From Raillietiella orientalis (Eukaryota), in the NCBI GenBank assembly GCA_036172245.1, contig JAYWIR010000052.1, forward strand, positions 682,001-746,000: a stretch of 64,000 nucleotides of DNA. The letters are read 5' to 3'. A program made the translations under genes and the position numbers. Every line of letters starts with the position of its first letter. The first letter of the stretch is position 1. Shown piece after piece: positions 26,299 to 39,728 of this stretch. The notes beneath the pieces were generated by a model. That model saw only the letters and a program-made list of their open reading frames with translations, made no database searches and was not told where the DNA came from.

Positions 26299-26312
26299 GC
26301 TACCATGGCAAC
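26299..26312. promoter_or_regulatory. Candidate RFX X-box
   Basis: GCTACCATGGCAAC fits GYTRYY-N2-RRHRAC. No linked gene identified. Confidence 0.3.
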
Positions 26313-27512
26313 ACTGCATTTTTCTTTTTTTTCCTTTTTCTACCAATTTGTGAAGAGCAAGGGTTGTAGAAGATTCATCGCGGGACAAACTGCCAGCTTG
26401 AAAGTTCTCACGCGCGGTCAAATTCCTGTAAAGAGACGACGATTCTTCCGCTTTACGGTGCGTGAGAAACCCATGAATTGCATATTCGAAAAGCACATCG
26501 GAAAGCTGCGTGGAGTGCTGTTTGGTGCTTCGTTCTCTTCTTCTAAGAGATAGCGAGGACACTGTGCCCGTCCCAGCCGCAAACTGTCAACTTGTAGAAA
26601 GCTTGTAGAAGTGTATCTCTCGTGTCTCGTGCCTCCCTACCATTCGAGCGTAGCACATGGAACGGCGAACGTTTTCTATAGTAATCCACGGATCGGAAAG
26701 GAAAAAAAGGGAAAAATGCTCTGAATGCATTGGTCCATGTAATCAGGAAATTATCGCAAGCAAAAGAACTTCTCTAACGATTCTTTTAAAATGTGAGACT
26801 GGGATCAAAAACATTGCAATTTACTGGAATAGAAAGATTTTTTCTAGCGCTATTTCCTAATCTATAGATCCATCTTATGATGGTTATAACTTACTATTAA
26901 TTAGAATTGGAATCGATTTTTTTTTTTTTTTTTACTTTCTCAAGTATCATCAAAAGCGGAATACATTATAAAAAACAATGAGCTTATTCATGTAAAGCAT
27001 TTGAGAATCCTTTGTGAATTAAATTTCCGAGTGTCCGAATGGGAATGCCCGACATGTGCACGCATACGCTGTTGCAATAACTTATCATTTACACGAGACA
27101 AACGCGATTTTCCTCAATTTTGATAAAGAATGCCTGCACTCCAAATTATTGCAGGGGGCACCTCTGCTACAGTTCGTATGTGCTTCACACGCTTACTCGC
27201 ACTCGTTATGTAGGCGCACTCGATCTCCATCGCAGCTTCAGTGCAGTGTTACCACCAGCCCTCTGAAGAGCGCACAGATTTTTCGACCCATCCAATTGAT
27301 CGATTTCGAGCTTCTGGAATTTCGTCTAAAACCATAAACCAAATTCCCTCGTTGATTAAAATTTTTCCTTTGACTGCATTGCCTGTTTGATTCTTCCATG
27401 CAGCTGCATGCGGCAGCAACTCATTTGCTCAGCAGCATGGCTCAAGTCCCAAGCTGAGGAGCATCGCGTTCACATAGTTTCAGTCCTCTTTCTAGACGCT
27501 TTTATTCGATCC

Positions 27513-27758
27513 CTATGCACTCTGAACGATTTTCTGTGATGATCTATTCAGGTGCTCGCCATCACAGGGAAATTGCCATTTAGGAAACCGGAAGCATTGA
27601 GACTCTCTCAAGTGCCCAGACAAAGGACAGCAATTCATAACACGAAGGACCTGATTGTTCACCTCCACGTATTCAGTTTTCACCCCTTTCTTTACCTGGA
27701 TTCCGTCCACTTGAAACGATGACCTTTCGTTCTTGAAAACTGCTTTCGCCTGCCTCAT
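27513..27758 (-). mobile_element. Ty3/Gypsy-like integrase zinc-binding (H2C2) region remnant
   Basis: FQVDGIQVKKG...QVLRVMNCCPLSGHLRESQ resembles F...DG.L.K.....VL...H..P.SGHLG...T. Degenerate. Confidence 0.4.
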
Positions 27759-29949
27759 CCTCCTACTCGATTTTAACGTCTCTTAACGTCGATTTTTCCT
27801 TATTTTTCCTTATTCCCCCCCCCCCCCCCATAACAAGATGGAACTACTTCTTGCCAATCACTTTATGACCCTACCCTTCAGAATATCCCTGCTTGTGGAT
27901 ATCACGATCCTTCGATCCAAGGACAAAAAGGTTACAAAAAGCAAAGCTACAGAAAAGGGCAGGGTTCGGAAAAGTCCAGGCATGGGAAGTTTCTCCTCTA
28001 CGCATGCGCTCAGAGGGAGCAAATTTCCTCTTCGTCTCCTGGCTTTAGAAAAGGATTTCTCCTCACTTTTCCGGTTCTAACGAGCGGCTATTTTCAGTGA
28101 GCTTGCTTACTGGTGACCCTTCCATGGAGTTCTACCGTGTGTTCGAAGTATCTGTGTGTTCGAAAGAGCGCTCTCTGTTGGAAAAAGTGATGCTGGAGGT
28201 TCCCTCGTACCCTCCGTAAGATCCCTTGGTAACGGCACACTCTTCGCAGTGCACGTCAGGATGAAACTATAATACCAGAGATGTAGGCTGCACGTGCTTG
28301 CAGCATGTGGTGAAGAAACATCATGTGCATCTGGTATCACGGTGGTCGAAGTGAGCGAGTTGAAAGCCCGTCATTCGGCGCCCCCTTTTCTTTTTTTTTC
28401 TTTACAGTGTTATGGAATATGGAAGCGATTTCTTCACACATTTCCACGCCCCTAACATGCATCTGTGACGATATGGGGCAACCGAAAAAGCCAACGCTGA
28501 TGCACAAAAAAACCCTAACCAAAAAGAGGTGAGTAACAAAAATTCCTTCTGCCGGCGCAGCCATCTGCTATTATCCACCAGAGAATTACTTTCCCTTCAA
28601 GTGATCAGTAGGCAGATACACTGGGGCCCTGCTTCCAGGACCGATTACGTCCTGTTCCCGTTGCGCATCGTTGCAAGGCATAAAACGTGCTTGCTTTCTT
28701 GCTTTGGGGCACGGAAAGGAATTTCCCCGCGCAAAGAACCTTTTCCTGTTCTCCCAACTTTTTGGCATCAACTGGCGACACACGAATCGTGTTCGAGCGA
28801 GTGCACACAGCCCAGAAGTGCCACAACCCCTCTCGTTCTTTTGAGACAACTTTGCCTGATTCCATTTCGTGCACGAAAGGGGTTTCCGACACACGTGGCG
28901 CACTTTCGATGAGTAGTTTTGCAAAAGTCGTGCTCACTGCAAGCGTGCAGGGGTACAATATAGATTGTTCAGCGTCGTGAGGGCGCCTTGTTCGGAGAAC
29001 GGCGCTGCTGTGCTGGAAATGGCACCCACGTTCTTCAGGATCAGAGTCTCACTGCTGCATCCAGGATACCCGTGATAGAAGCACCTGCGATACGTCGCAC
29101 TGGTGTGACATTCCAGTGATTTCGAACATGCTGATCCGCTCATCAAGCCATCCATTCAATGCCGCCTTTCGTTGCCATGTTTTCTTTTCAAACTCAGTCT
29201 TGCTCTTCTCTTACGGCAAAGGTCTACTTCTGCCAGCAGCTCAAAAGGCGTGAAGAGCTGATGTTCTGCAGCCGGATTCTGATCCTTTTTGTGTGTGTGT
29301 GTGTGTGTTTTCCCAGGAAACCGGACTTTGAGCTTCTCTAAGGCGGAATTTGCGCTTCACTTTGGGAACACACTGCGAATAAGCACAGCCGGGACGCCCT
29401 CCAAACTGGGATTTACTCGAAACCCTAACTCCGGTAGATATGTTGGAATTAGTCTGGAGGATGCAATGGCCCATGGCTCTGATCCGGCATTAGAAGATTA
29501 GAACAATGAAGAAGGGGGTCGAGTCAGTTTAGCAATTTACTTTCAAAGAATGATGACTTTTCGTGTGTCCGAATAGGGAAACAGACTAAGGAAAGAGGTC
29601 GACCCAAAAGTCAACTGCAAATCTGCTTGGATGAGCGTTCGTAGAGGAGATGGGCCGTGGAAAACTGAAACCGATCGTTGCAGCGAAAGTAACGACAGGA
29701 GCTTTTCCGACAACGCATAAGACCTTCGCAATGGACATCGGTTTGTTCGAAAAATTAACCAACGTAATCGGAGACGCGGTCGGGATGGAGCTTGGAGAAG
29801 ATAAGGAAGTATTGGAGTAAACCAGTAGTGTACTTTGCTCAAGGCGCCCAGGTGGGAAGCGAAAGGAAATGAGAACGTGTCACCGCATCCAGTCAGCGTG
29901 CTCCGAGTATCGGGTCGCGCGCAGACCATGGACTATAGAGGTCATGGTA

Positions 29950-30200
29950 CGGATTTTCACGTATCGTGTCACTGAAGAACCCAGGCGTACGCAAGACCAC
30001 GTGTGTAGGCGCACTACGACTTCAGTGGGCACACCGATGCCGCAGAATCATGGACAAGGGACACAGGACAAACTCTTCCGACTTGCTTCAATCATGGACG
30101 GGCAGCGAAGGAAAACACGGCGCCACTTATTCTTTGATGCGCTGCCGGCTTTCGAACCTACGGGCTTTTTCCAGACCCTGCGGATTTTCGCCACCGCGCC
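29950..30200 (+). mobile_element. Decayed L1/Tx1-like zf-RVT fragment
   Basis: Frameshifted ALRLQWAHRC/SWTRDTGQTLPTC...ENT/HLFFD parallels copy C's ALLLLHWGLPC..HWTRG...C..E...HLLVD. Boundaries approximate. Confidence 0.45.
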
Positions 30201-31039
30201 AAGCGTGGCCGCCTGAGCGCCGACGACGGCTCAAGCGTGGTCGTTGCGCGCGTGTGGATCGAAAGACGTCCGCTGGAGACTCGAATGTTTCCACATGGGC
30301 GCTCCGAGCTTGCATTGCATTCCGGACACCTCCGTTACAGCGTTTGAGGGGACGAATTTCTTAAAAAACGTGCTTGTTTCTAACGACAGGTCAGATCATG
30401 TAGAAATAAATCGTGCAAGCAAGAGAGCAGCGCTGCTGCCAATTCCACCACCATGCTTTTCAAAGGAGGTCCTTTAGCAAAGGGGAAAGGCTATACAAAG
30501 GGCAGAACAGTTTCTATTTCTCCTCACGGCGCAGCCGGAAGGCTTCTCTGCAATTCGGAAGACGTCCGATTACACTTACAACTGCTTTAACGAATGCGAT
30601 GATCTCAATGCTATTGGGCTATCCACAGCTGATGCACAATTACGATTTAGGCTAGAAATAATTTATTTACTGTGCCGAGAAGGGCAGAAAACAGTTCGTG
30701 GTGCGCAGTATCACAAGACTCATGGACCCAAGCATCTAGGCTATCGGAGGCCCTCTGCATGAAAATGCAGATGTGGAAACGGAAGAAATTCAACGCAGAA
30801 GCTATGGTTTACGCTTTTAAGACGCGTTCAAGAAGATCTACGTCTCTGCAAGTCGGAACACATCCGATTACAAAGGTGCATGGAGCCCCCGTTGCCTACC
30901 GCAAGCACACTAATCCTCCTGAGGCGAGGAAAGATGTGCAGTTGCGGTAGGCAACGGGGCTCGTGAACGAGCGGGGAAGAGAGTCCCCGAGACAGACCTT
31001 GAGGTTCCAGCCTGGTGGCCATCGCTCACCTCGGGCGAC

Positions 31040-31300
31040 GGAGCACCAGGGATGCTCACGGAACTTCCTCCTCTTGCGGAGGAGCCGACTTCTAGGCGCA
31101 CTGGCAATCGAGCCGATGCACTCTGTGGCGCCGGTTGCTCCACCAGCGCATCCCCACGCGGAAAGTCGGTGACTGTTCCAGGAACAGAGAGCTGCTGCGT
31201 TCCCGGAGCGCGGACCGAGCCAGACGCGTAGCGGCGGAAGGGAGACCGGCGCTCGTCTTGATCCAAGCTGCGTCATCCCGTGCCCGTAGGATCCTCGCAA
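31040..31300 (+). mobile_element. Decayed L1/Tx1-like zf-RVT fragment
   Basis: LWRRLLHQRIPTR matches the zf-RVT lead-in WR.LH..LPT, followed by broken C..ET..L...C remnants. Boundaries approximate. Confidence 0.4.
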
Positions 31301-34300
31301 CCAGGATTGAGGGAGTCCCGCTTTAGTCGGATGCTATGCCGCGCGGAACCAGGAAGGGAGGGTTTCTCTGGATTTCTGGCTTCGAGCCGCGCGACTCGGA
31401 AGGCAGCCGCACGCTGCGCATCAATTACGCCGCCACTTGCGGCCGGTGCAAACTTCCCTGAGAAGGTGAGGACCGTCGCTGCCTCTCATCCACACCCGCA
31501 CTCGGCTGCGAGGTGAGCTACCGAAACGTCCGTCTGACCGAGCCGGTCGGTCCTCTGCGTACTACGCGCGCCACTGGGGGTACCAAGTCAACGAGAACGG
31601 TCAGGCTCAGGAATCGACCACGCCCGCGAGGCAGATGAGCACGCGTGTGAACAGCTGGCATGGCATCTTTGCGCTTCGGCACTCATCTGCGCTCCGTACA
31701 CTTGCTTGTTTCCATCACTTACATCTCCGTGCCGCAGTTGAGTTTCACCTATCGTTGCTTCCCTTGCAGCCGCGCTCAGCGCAAGCGCAAGCGATTCCTC
31801 GCTGTCGCTGAGAGCCCCGAAGGCCTTGCAGACGCGTTTCGGCCGAGACTGTCGCTTCCTTTTTTTTTTTTTGTTTTGTGTGTGTACAGGCCCCACGCGG
31901 CAGTCGACGCAAAAGCTGCTGCACAATTGCTGCTTTCCAGCGTTTGCAACAAAAAAGTGTTCCATTTTTTCGGGCTCTGCGAGGAGTCCACGCTCCGTCA
32001 GCAGCCTTCGTGCCCACCGCGAAAACCGAATGCTGCAAAAAATTCGGATGGCCTTTTGGAGGAAAATTTGGTTCCGAGTCGCCCGGTATCTGTTGGTTTT
32101 CAGAAGCCAGGAAAAGAGTGCCTGCCGTTCAGCAGCCCCCGGAATTGCTGTCCTGCATCAATAAATAAATCGTCGAGCTTGTCAGTGGAACAATCTGTGG
32201 GCCGGTTCGAAGGAACGATCTGGAAGAATCCCTGAAGGCCACTTCACATCGCTTGCTTCACGGTCTTTCTCCGACCCCGAGTCGGGAAATGTGATCAGCT
32301 GCAGTCCAGAGGGGCGTGGTGGTGGCATGCATGTTCCCACCGCAAAGAAACTGGGGCAATGTACACATCTAGCTGTGCACTTTTCTTCCGTGCCTGCCTT
32401 CGTCATTCCGGCCAAAGACCCCTTGCCCCAAGTGTGTGAGCAACCAGGCAAGTTCTTCCCCCTCCCCCCTTTCTTTCTTATAGTGCAAGCACACGAAGGA
32501 GAGGAAATTTCAGTTTCGTTTGCAAATTTCTTCGCAGATGCTTCGGTTCGAAGAGTTTGCATCGTCGCTTTCGCTATGAAAGTAATGGCCTTTGGATTCC
32601 AACCTCGAAGCTTCAGGGATACATCCCGTGAACTGGGAGCCCATTTTGAAGTTTTGCAAGTGTTGGCTTGCGATTCAAAAGCTGGCCTGCTGATGCGAAT
32701 TCGGAATAGTATTTCTGTCGATGCAGAAGCGGCTAACGAAACTCGGGTCCCCTGTTCTCAGGGGGTCCGACTCCAGGAGCTTCCTAGTAGTAACTGTGGA
32801 GTCAGAAATCCACTAGAGAAACACACCACCTTTCAGCCAGCGCTCGAGCTGCAATTCTGCCGTCTTCTCTTGAGAGGGAGCAAACCTCGTGCGAAGCATC
32901 GGACGACAACGGGGGTGAGTTCGGGAGGAATGCACTCATCCTTCGACAACCAAACCTATTCGTTGAGGGGGAAACGAAAAAGGGAAAATGCTGCCACTGC
33001 CTTCGCCGATGGCGCCTATATTATGCCACCCCGAAACCATTCCGTTCGACAGCGACAACCGGGAGTGAGGTTCCGTGTTCGAAATCATTCGGAAAACGTC
33101 TGTGGATCCAGGCGAGGAAGGAGTCTTGGCAAAAAAAAGTCAGGAAGAGACGTGAGATTCGGCCCTGGGGAAAGGTCAGGCACGCTTGCACAGATCCGGG
33201 GCCAAAGTTGCACGGGTGCTTTCCAACGTCCGGAACAACAGAGATGCCACTTTTGAGGGAAATTCGGCCGACAACGAGGCACAGCGACGGTGCTCGCCAT
33301 TTCCTCGGGCTTGGTCGCCTTGCCGTGGTGGCGCTTCGATGCTTCAAGTTCGGAGGTATAAACCCGAAGCAGAGTACGAAGCATCGGGGCAGCCGACGCT
33401 ATGTGGGGCCCGCACGCGACTGTGAGCCCTCCGAGTTGCAGCCCCGGAGTTCGACCGGAGTCGCTGTGCGCCTCGGCTGCCTCGGATCGTACCCCCCGGT
33501 TCCGCCGCAAAGGGCCGGGAAAGTGCGCCCTACCGAGTACGTCGTTGGAATGACGTCTGACGAGAGGACATCGGCGAAGGGCTGAAGGCTTTTTTTTGGC
33601 CTTCTCGTTTGCTTTTTCCTTCTTCCTTCTCCTTTAAAGATCTCTGCCGATCTCGCCAACGGATTCCGACATTGCGAACGGTGTTGGGACTCGTAGAAGA
33701 GCTACATTGGGGAGCCGAGCCGCGCCAAGCAATGAAACCTTGAGGGCCTCGCCACCACTATGCTTTCGTAGGAAGGATAAAGAGGAAAATGCAATGAGCG
33801 GCACAACTACTTTACGCAGCTGCGCGAAATTTTACATTTACCACTCGAACCTCGCAAAATGTGGTCACACTTTTCGCTCAAGTTCGCCGGGGCATCATCG
33901 GTGGAGGAGATCAGAGTATTCTTCGCATTCAGATAAGGAATAAACGAACTGTTCCCATGGCTTCGTATAGATCTCCGTAAATTCTGAAAGGACGCTTGTT
34001 TCCCCTTTGAAAGATATTGGAATGCGGAGCATTTCCAAGTTTCGAAATTCGATGGTGCTTTGCCCGTTGGCATGCTGTGTGCCCCTAACGCTATCCTAAC
34101 GTTTCCCTGAGCTGCAGTGAAATCTTCGAAACGGGCGCCTGGCTACTCAGCTGTGCTCACGGCTCACTTGCTTTTCGAAGACCTCATGCTGTACTGGCCC
34201 TTCCTTCAAGATCCGCTTTTTGAAGGCACCAGCCGTTGCAGTTCTCCGCTTGCTTTGCGCCTCAGCTATGGAAAAGATCCGTTTGCCCACGTCCGGATGT

Positions 34301-34929
34301 ACTCTTTGACACTTTCGAGAAAATGTTTGGAAACAATCCACGCTTCAGTTCTTCAACTACTCGAAATTTCGCTGGACACTGTTCTCTGCTTCTTCTGTGA
34401 ACTCGCAGAACTGAGGCAGACAATGAAACTGAAATGAAAGAAGCGGTATCGTACAGCATTGGTGTCGTACGCTGCAACCACATGCGACACCAATGTCGTA
34501 CTCGAAGAATTCGAAACGTATCCTTTCGTGTTCCAACTCATACTTGAAAATGGTTGGCTCTTCATAGGGTCTCTCTCTGTTCCAAATTCATCGAACGCCT
34601 ATGCGCTTCTATTGTGATAGTGCACGATAATGAAAATGACTTCGTTGTATTTCCCCAAGCATCGGAGAACTTGAAAGATCTGTCAACTTCTTATCGCCTG
34701 TGCTGCAAAACATTTCCTGATTTCGAAAGGATTGGCAAGGCAGTTTGAAAATTTTCCCGCCTCACGTGCAACGTGACCTTATCAAAAGACTGGACAAAAG
34801 GAGCGGTGGACCGAACAAACAAGCGCACATTATCTTTCATCTAACCTACTACAAAATAATGCCAAAATGATGATGATACCTGCATTCACCTGGAGGACCA
34901 AGGTTATGCATAAATAAAGACCACATCGG

Positions 34930-37900
34930 TTATCTGATGATTTGCATTAACGTTGTATTTCTGACGGGTCTATATTTCAAGAGAGAATGATACTCCTTCA
35001 AAAGAGTTAACCAGTAGCATTCGATATTTTCCATAGTGAGATACTCTCTAACAAATCTGTAACCATTATTGGCTATTTCTTTGACTATGTCAGAATTTTC
35101 TTTTGCAAACTGTATAAGATTCCTAAAATATAACTCAGATTAGAACATCTTAAAATGGAAAAAAAAAAAAAAAAAACTCTCAACATTATCTTTAACATGT
35201 GATATAACATGTTGCCTTAACTAATTCCGAACATCTTTTTTTCAGGCATACATCCGCCACCCTAGTCAAACGTATACAATGTTAAGTTGCACAATTTCAA
35301 TACACTTGCGAAATTAGATATGTTCTGTTCCTATTCACTTACATTAGAGTATTCTGAGAAGCATGTGGAGGTATGGGAATATAATGAATCCACGGCTTCA
35401 ATGGGGGATAAAAAAATTCTTGCCACCCATCATCGTAATGAAAAACAAGGGATTTGCATAGAAAAAGATGTTTCAATCGAAAGCTTGCTGCCACTCCTCG
35501 ATAATTGAACAAATATTTATATTTACAGTGATCTTCAAGAGCAACTTCAGGTGCAGGAGAAGCATACAATGTGTCCTACAATTAGTTATTGAACACAATG
35601 AGCAGTCTTGTATTGTACATACTTCATCCGACTTCCATGCTTGGTTCTTTGTATACTGCGCATCCACCAAGTCAGGATGTTTTCTGGATAACAAAACTAA
35701 ATTATCTCTTGCAGAGGAAGTTCTGGAACCACGAAAAAACGCTTTGTCTATTTTTTTATGCCACTGCCATTCTTTTGAGGAAAGAAGTAATTTTTTTTGC
35801 ATGATATCCCATCTATCAAATCAAATGAACTTGAGATTTTGCGGTAATCGATTTTATACCTGCCTAATCCAGTTGGATACAGAGAAATCGCTGGTCCCCC
35901 TTCCCAAAATGACCAAGCTGGATACATGATGTCTAAATAATCGGAATTCTGAAACAGCATTACAGATGTATTCAAATAAATATAAAGAAAATGGAGAAAT
36001 TATTGTTGATTACAAAATACAACTCCTGAATAAATTAAATCGTGAAAAGTAGAAAATTTCATTGCACCAATTTTTGGAATCAAAGCAATGCACCTTTCAT
36101 TCACCTCATCACATTTCTAATGACTGTCAAAATAAAATGCACTAAGAGATTTAAGGATCTCTTTACAACATTGAATCAAAATGACCATCAAATATATTGC
36201 TGTTCTCCAAAACGAACTTCTTCATGTGTCATACCAAAGTGAGCTTATCCCACAAATCTCATGAGCAAACAGTGTTAGGGAACAACCTGAAACCATCATT
36301 CCTGTCTGATTGACTGAGTTGCATAGCATTCTAGTTTGTGTGACTACCAAACATCCTGAATATCAAGAAAACAACACATATTTTATCATGAGAAGAACAC
36401 ACATCCCATCTTGGATGCAAACAGTTTTGTACCTTTATGTGCTTCCAGAAAATCCATTGTATGTGAACAAATTATTATAATCAATCCTTTTAATTTTCAT
36501 ATTGCATTCAATGAGCGATCAATAATATTATGAGGTACCTTAGCATACATATGAGCATGACAAACGTTTTCCAAAGGAAAAAGCTTTTTCCATTTGGAAA
36601 ATGAATTTTTAAATACTTTTCGTTGCTAGAAAGTTTGTTTCCGTCAAACTCTTGCATGCATTAATTGCGAAATTTCCTTAGAAAATTTCCTCTTTATTCT
36701 GTGAATATTTCACATTTCATCTCACAAAAGATTTAACACTTTTACTTTTTAAAAATGTGAAGTAGTGCACAATTGTACAAACTGTTTGCTACTGGCAATA
36801 CATTTTATTGAAATTTAATATTTCCACTGATGTATTTTTTTCTCCTTTATCTTTCATTTTATTTTCTATCATTTTCACTTATCAAAGTGTCTACAAAATC
36901 AAACTGGGAAACAATCATGGACAAGGAAGCACATTAGATTTTGAATACGAGACCCACATGGAACAGCAAAAGCAGAATCTCGATACAGCAAATATCAAGG
37001 ATCTCTAGCATGCAAACAGTCAAAACGAACTGAACAAGAATGGGAAACAAAGTAGTTCCGGAGGACATGCATGATATTCTGCTCTGGTTGATAAAAATTA
37101 CAAATTTCTGGAATTTAAGGAAAAAATATCGAGTGATCCACTAAAAACCAATTCATTAATCATCATAAATATATTGTTATGATTATGATTTTCACAATTG
37201 AATTTACGTAGTTTCATGTTCAGAATGGAATCAGAAACTAAACAATCCCTAATTGAATAACTGCGCACATTGAAAATCTAAGCACCGACTTTACGAGAAC
37301 TTTCACTAAAAACTGAAAAGTTGTGATGACAAATGCGAAATGTACAAAAGCAGTGATGAGAAAATAGGTATTGGTGACAAAACTCCTAACCTGTCACTCT
37401 GACAACGTGGAATTTAAAGTTCAAATAAGAAAAGCAATCTGGTGCACAGTGCAATTATTCCTGGCTTCAATAAATAATTTGCAAATATTGAATGCTGGAA
37501 AATTATAATAATTAGAAACAGTTCTTTAGCTTACTTTGCTAAATGATAATACTGGAACTTTGATTTCTGAGCTGCGGTGAATCAGTGGGTAATCTCTTGT
37601 ATTCAAAGCAAATTCTATACTTGGAAGATGTTTCATAATTTGAATTAGGAAATGATCAATTCCATTACAACGTGCTGGGAAGAAGCAGTTCTTACCACGG
37701 TAGAGTTTCTGATCAATTACTTGGTAATGTTCACCCCTTGTGAACATTGAAACTATTTTCAAAATAAATCTATTCTAACCAACTAATGGCTTGTAAGACC
37801 ATTTCTGATGTTATTCCATGTTGAAAAATCTTCAAACTGTTCTGAATTGTAGAATGAAAGCACTTACAATTTTCACATGAGTAATTTTTATACTCCTGTT

Positions 37901-38136
37901 TTGCTTTTGAGATGCTTTGAATTATTGGCATCCATTGCTGCTGAAAATCTAAGCTGGCAAAATAGCTCCCCAAATAACCACAGATTACAACAACTCTCAC
38001 CTATGTCATGTCTTTCATGTTGAGTTGTATGGATTTGTAAATTATTGTAATTATCATTGGTTTGCTCAAAACAAAACAAAAACGTAAGCATCATTAAAAT
38101 GTAGCTTCTGAACCCACATCCCTGAACAAATATCAT
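34930..38136 (-). CDS. POGLUT1: Protein O-glucosyltransferase 1 (Rumi; GT90/CAP10 family), ~403 aa, 7 exons
   Basis: Exons 38136-38001, 37948-37780, 37736-37535, 35948-35860, 35812-35623, 35575-35343, 35122-34930; all GT-AG and phase-consistent (1212 nt). Motifs [76 protein letters not shown]. Choice of start ATG is less sure. Confidence 0.95.
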
Positions 38137-39728
38137 ATTTCAAATCATAAGATGAAAGCATGCCTAGAAATATACCTTATCTTTAAAATACATTAGTGCA
38201 CATGTGAAAAATTAAAGAAAATGAAAACTTTTATCTTTAAATACACTATAAAAGAATATTTTTGGAACAACTTTCAAATTCTCTTTTACTTTTCACAGCA
38301 ACTTACTTGCAACAAACTAGCATATTTGAACACCATAAATGGCATTAAATCAAGTACATTAGTCAAAATAACTAGACTTTGCTTTGTTCTGAGTAATATA
38401 AGAATGAAAACTGAGTATACATACCATCAAATTGCTAAATCTAAAAACTATGTGAGAAATATTGCACTTGGTATTCACTTTTGCCATTATTTGTGTTATT
38501 ATAAATTCTGAGCAAAAATAAACTTCAACACTAAATTTCATACTGATCCATGAACATGATGATTTAAAATTAGCTTTCAAAAAATTAACATCGTTACTTT
38601 TGTTTTCTTGAAGCTTAGAAACTCCTTAAAACTGCCCACTGTGTGAATTCATGGTCGAATTCAACATTAATTATTGGAAACCGACCAAAACAAAGTTTAC
38701 ATTTTCGTGGATTGCCATGGAAAATTTATGCATGTGTTACCTGATTATGTGATGTGAAAAACTGCCTTGATATATGCAACAAGTGAGTTAAAAATACTAA
38801 CTGTAAGTATATTGAAGGATATTCTACTTTCAAACAGTGTAATAGAAAGAGAAAATAACAAAAACATAAAAACAAGAACGGAATATTTTTTCATGAAACG
38901 TTCTATTTACAGAACAGACATAAATTTTATATCACAAATCATTAGCTAAAAATAACTTTCATGATTAATGATGGCAATTCTTAAAACTTTAGTCAACAAA
39001 GGCAAATATTTTTGCCTTCAAGGTTTATGAATTAATATCAATCAAATTCAATTTTTGCCTTTTCATTTTTACACCAAGGTTTATGGATTAATATCTTGAT
39101 ATGATTTCAACTTTATTCCAATTCTTGCAATTTATGGTTCCAGTTACATGGAAGAAGAAAAAAAACTATGATGACAAATAAGTACCAGTTTGTTACTGAA
39201 AACTTAAAAACGTAGAAGTTAGACAAATTGAATATCAATTATCAAAAACTAATTTCGAGTTAAGATGACTCCCATGGTGCAAAATCAAAATACATTTTCC
39301 ATGAGCTTTGGGGGATTCGACTGCTCGATGTTCAACAAAAACGCAAGTTTCGATAGTACATTCATGACAGGGATATATTCAACTGAGCTTTAAATTCATT
39401 GCAAGTAATGAAACTGCAAATTCCACCACATTAGACTCTACATCACTCACATCAGATAACTTATAAATTCATGTCATCTCTAAACATATTAATACATGAT
39501 ATTTATTTTAATTATTACATACACAGATCAATAATCTAAGCCAATATGTTTTCACATCATCTAAAACTAAGCATTAAAAATGACTGTTTTCCAAATGCTT
39601 AAAATATTTAAAATCTAAACTCTAAATCTCTTTCCAAAATCAATTTTGAAACTTGTTTGGTTTTGAAATTCTTCTTTCTGATGATGAAAACAATTGGGAA
39701 CTGTTGATTAAAGATTCATTGGTTATTA

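Noticed and set aside
29835..29858. Partial matches to the LINE terminal motif (cccaggtggga here and at ~11124)
   Set aside because: No intact AATAAA and no TSD found; possibly decayed ends but not supportable.
32291..33256. 321-aa ORF
   Set aside because: GTG start, no recognisable motif or splice structure; likely chance or decayed repeat.
33557..33585. Hammerhead-like CTGACGA...GAA
   Set aside because: No paired stem II and no GAAA core.
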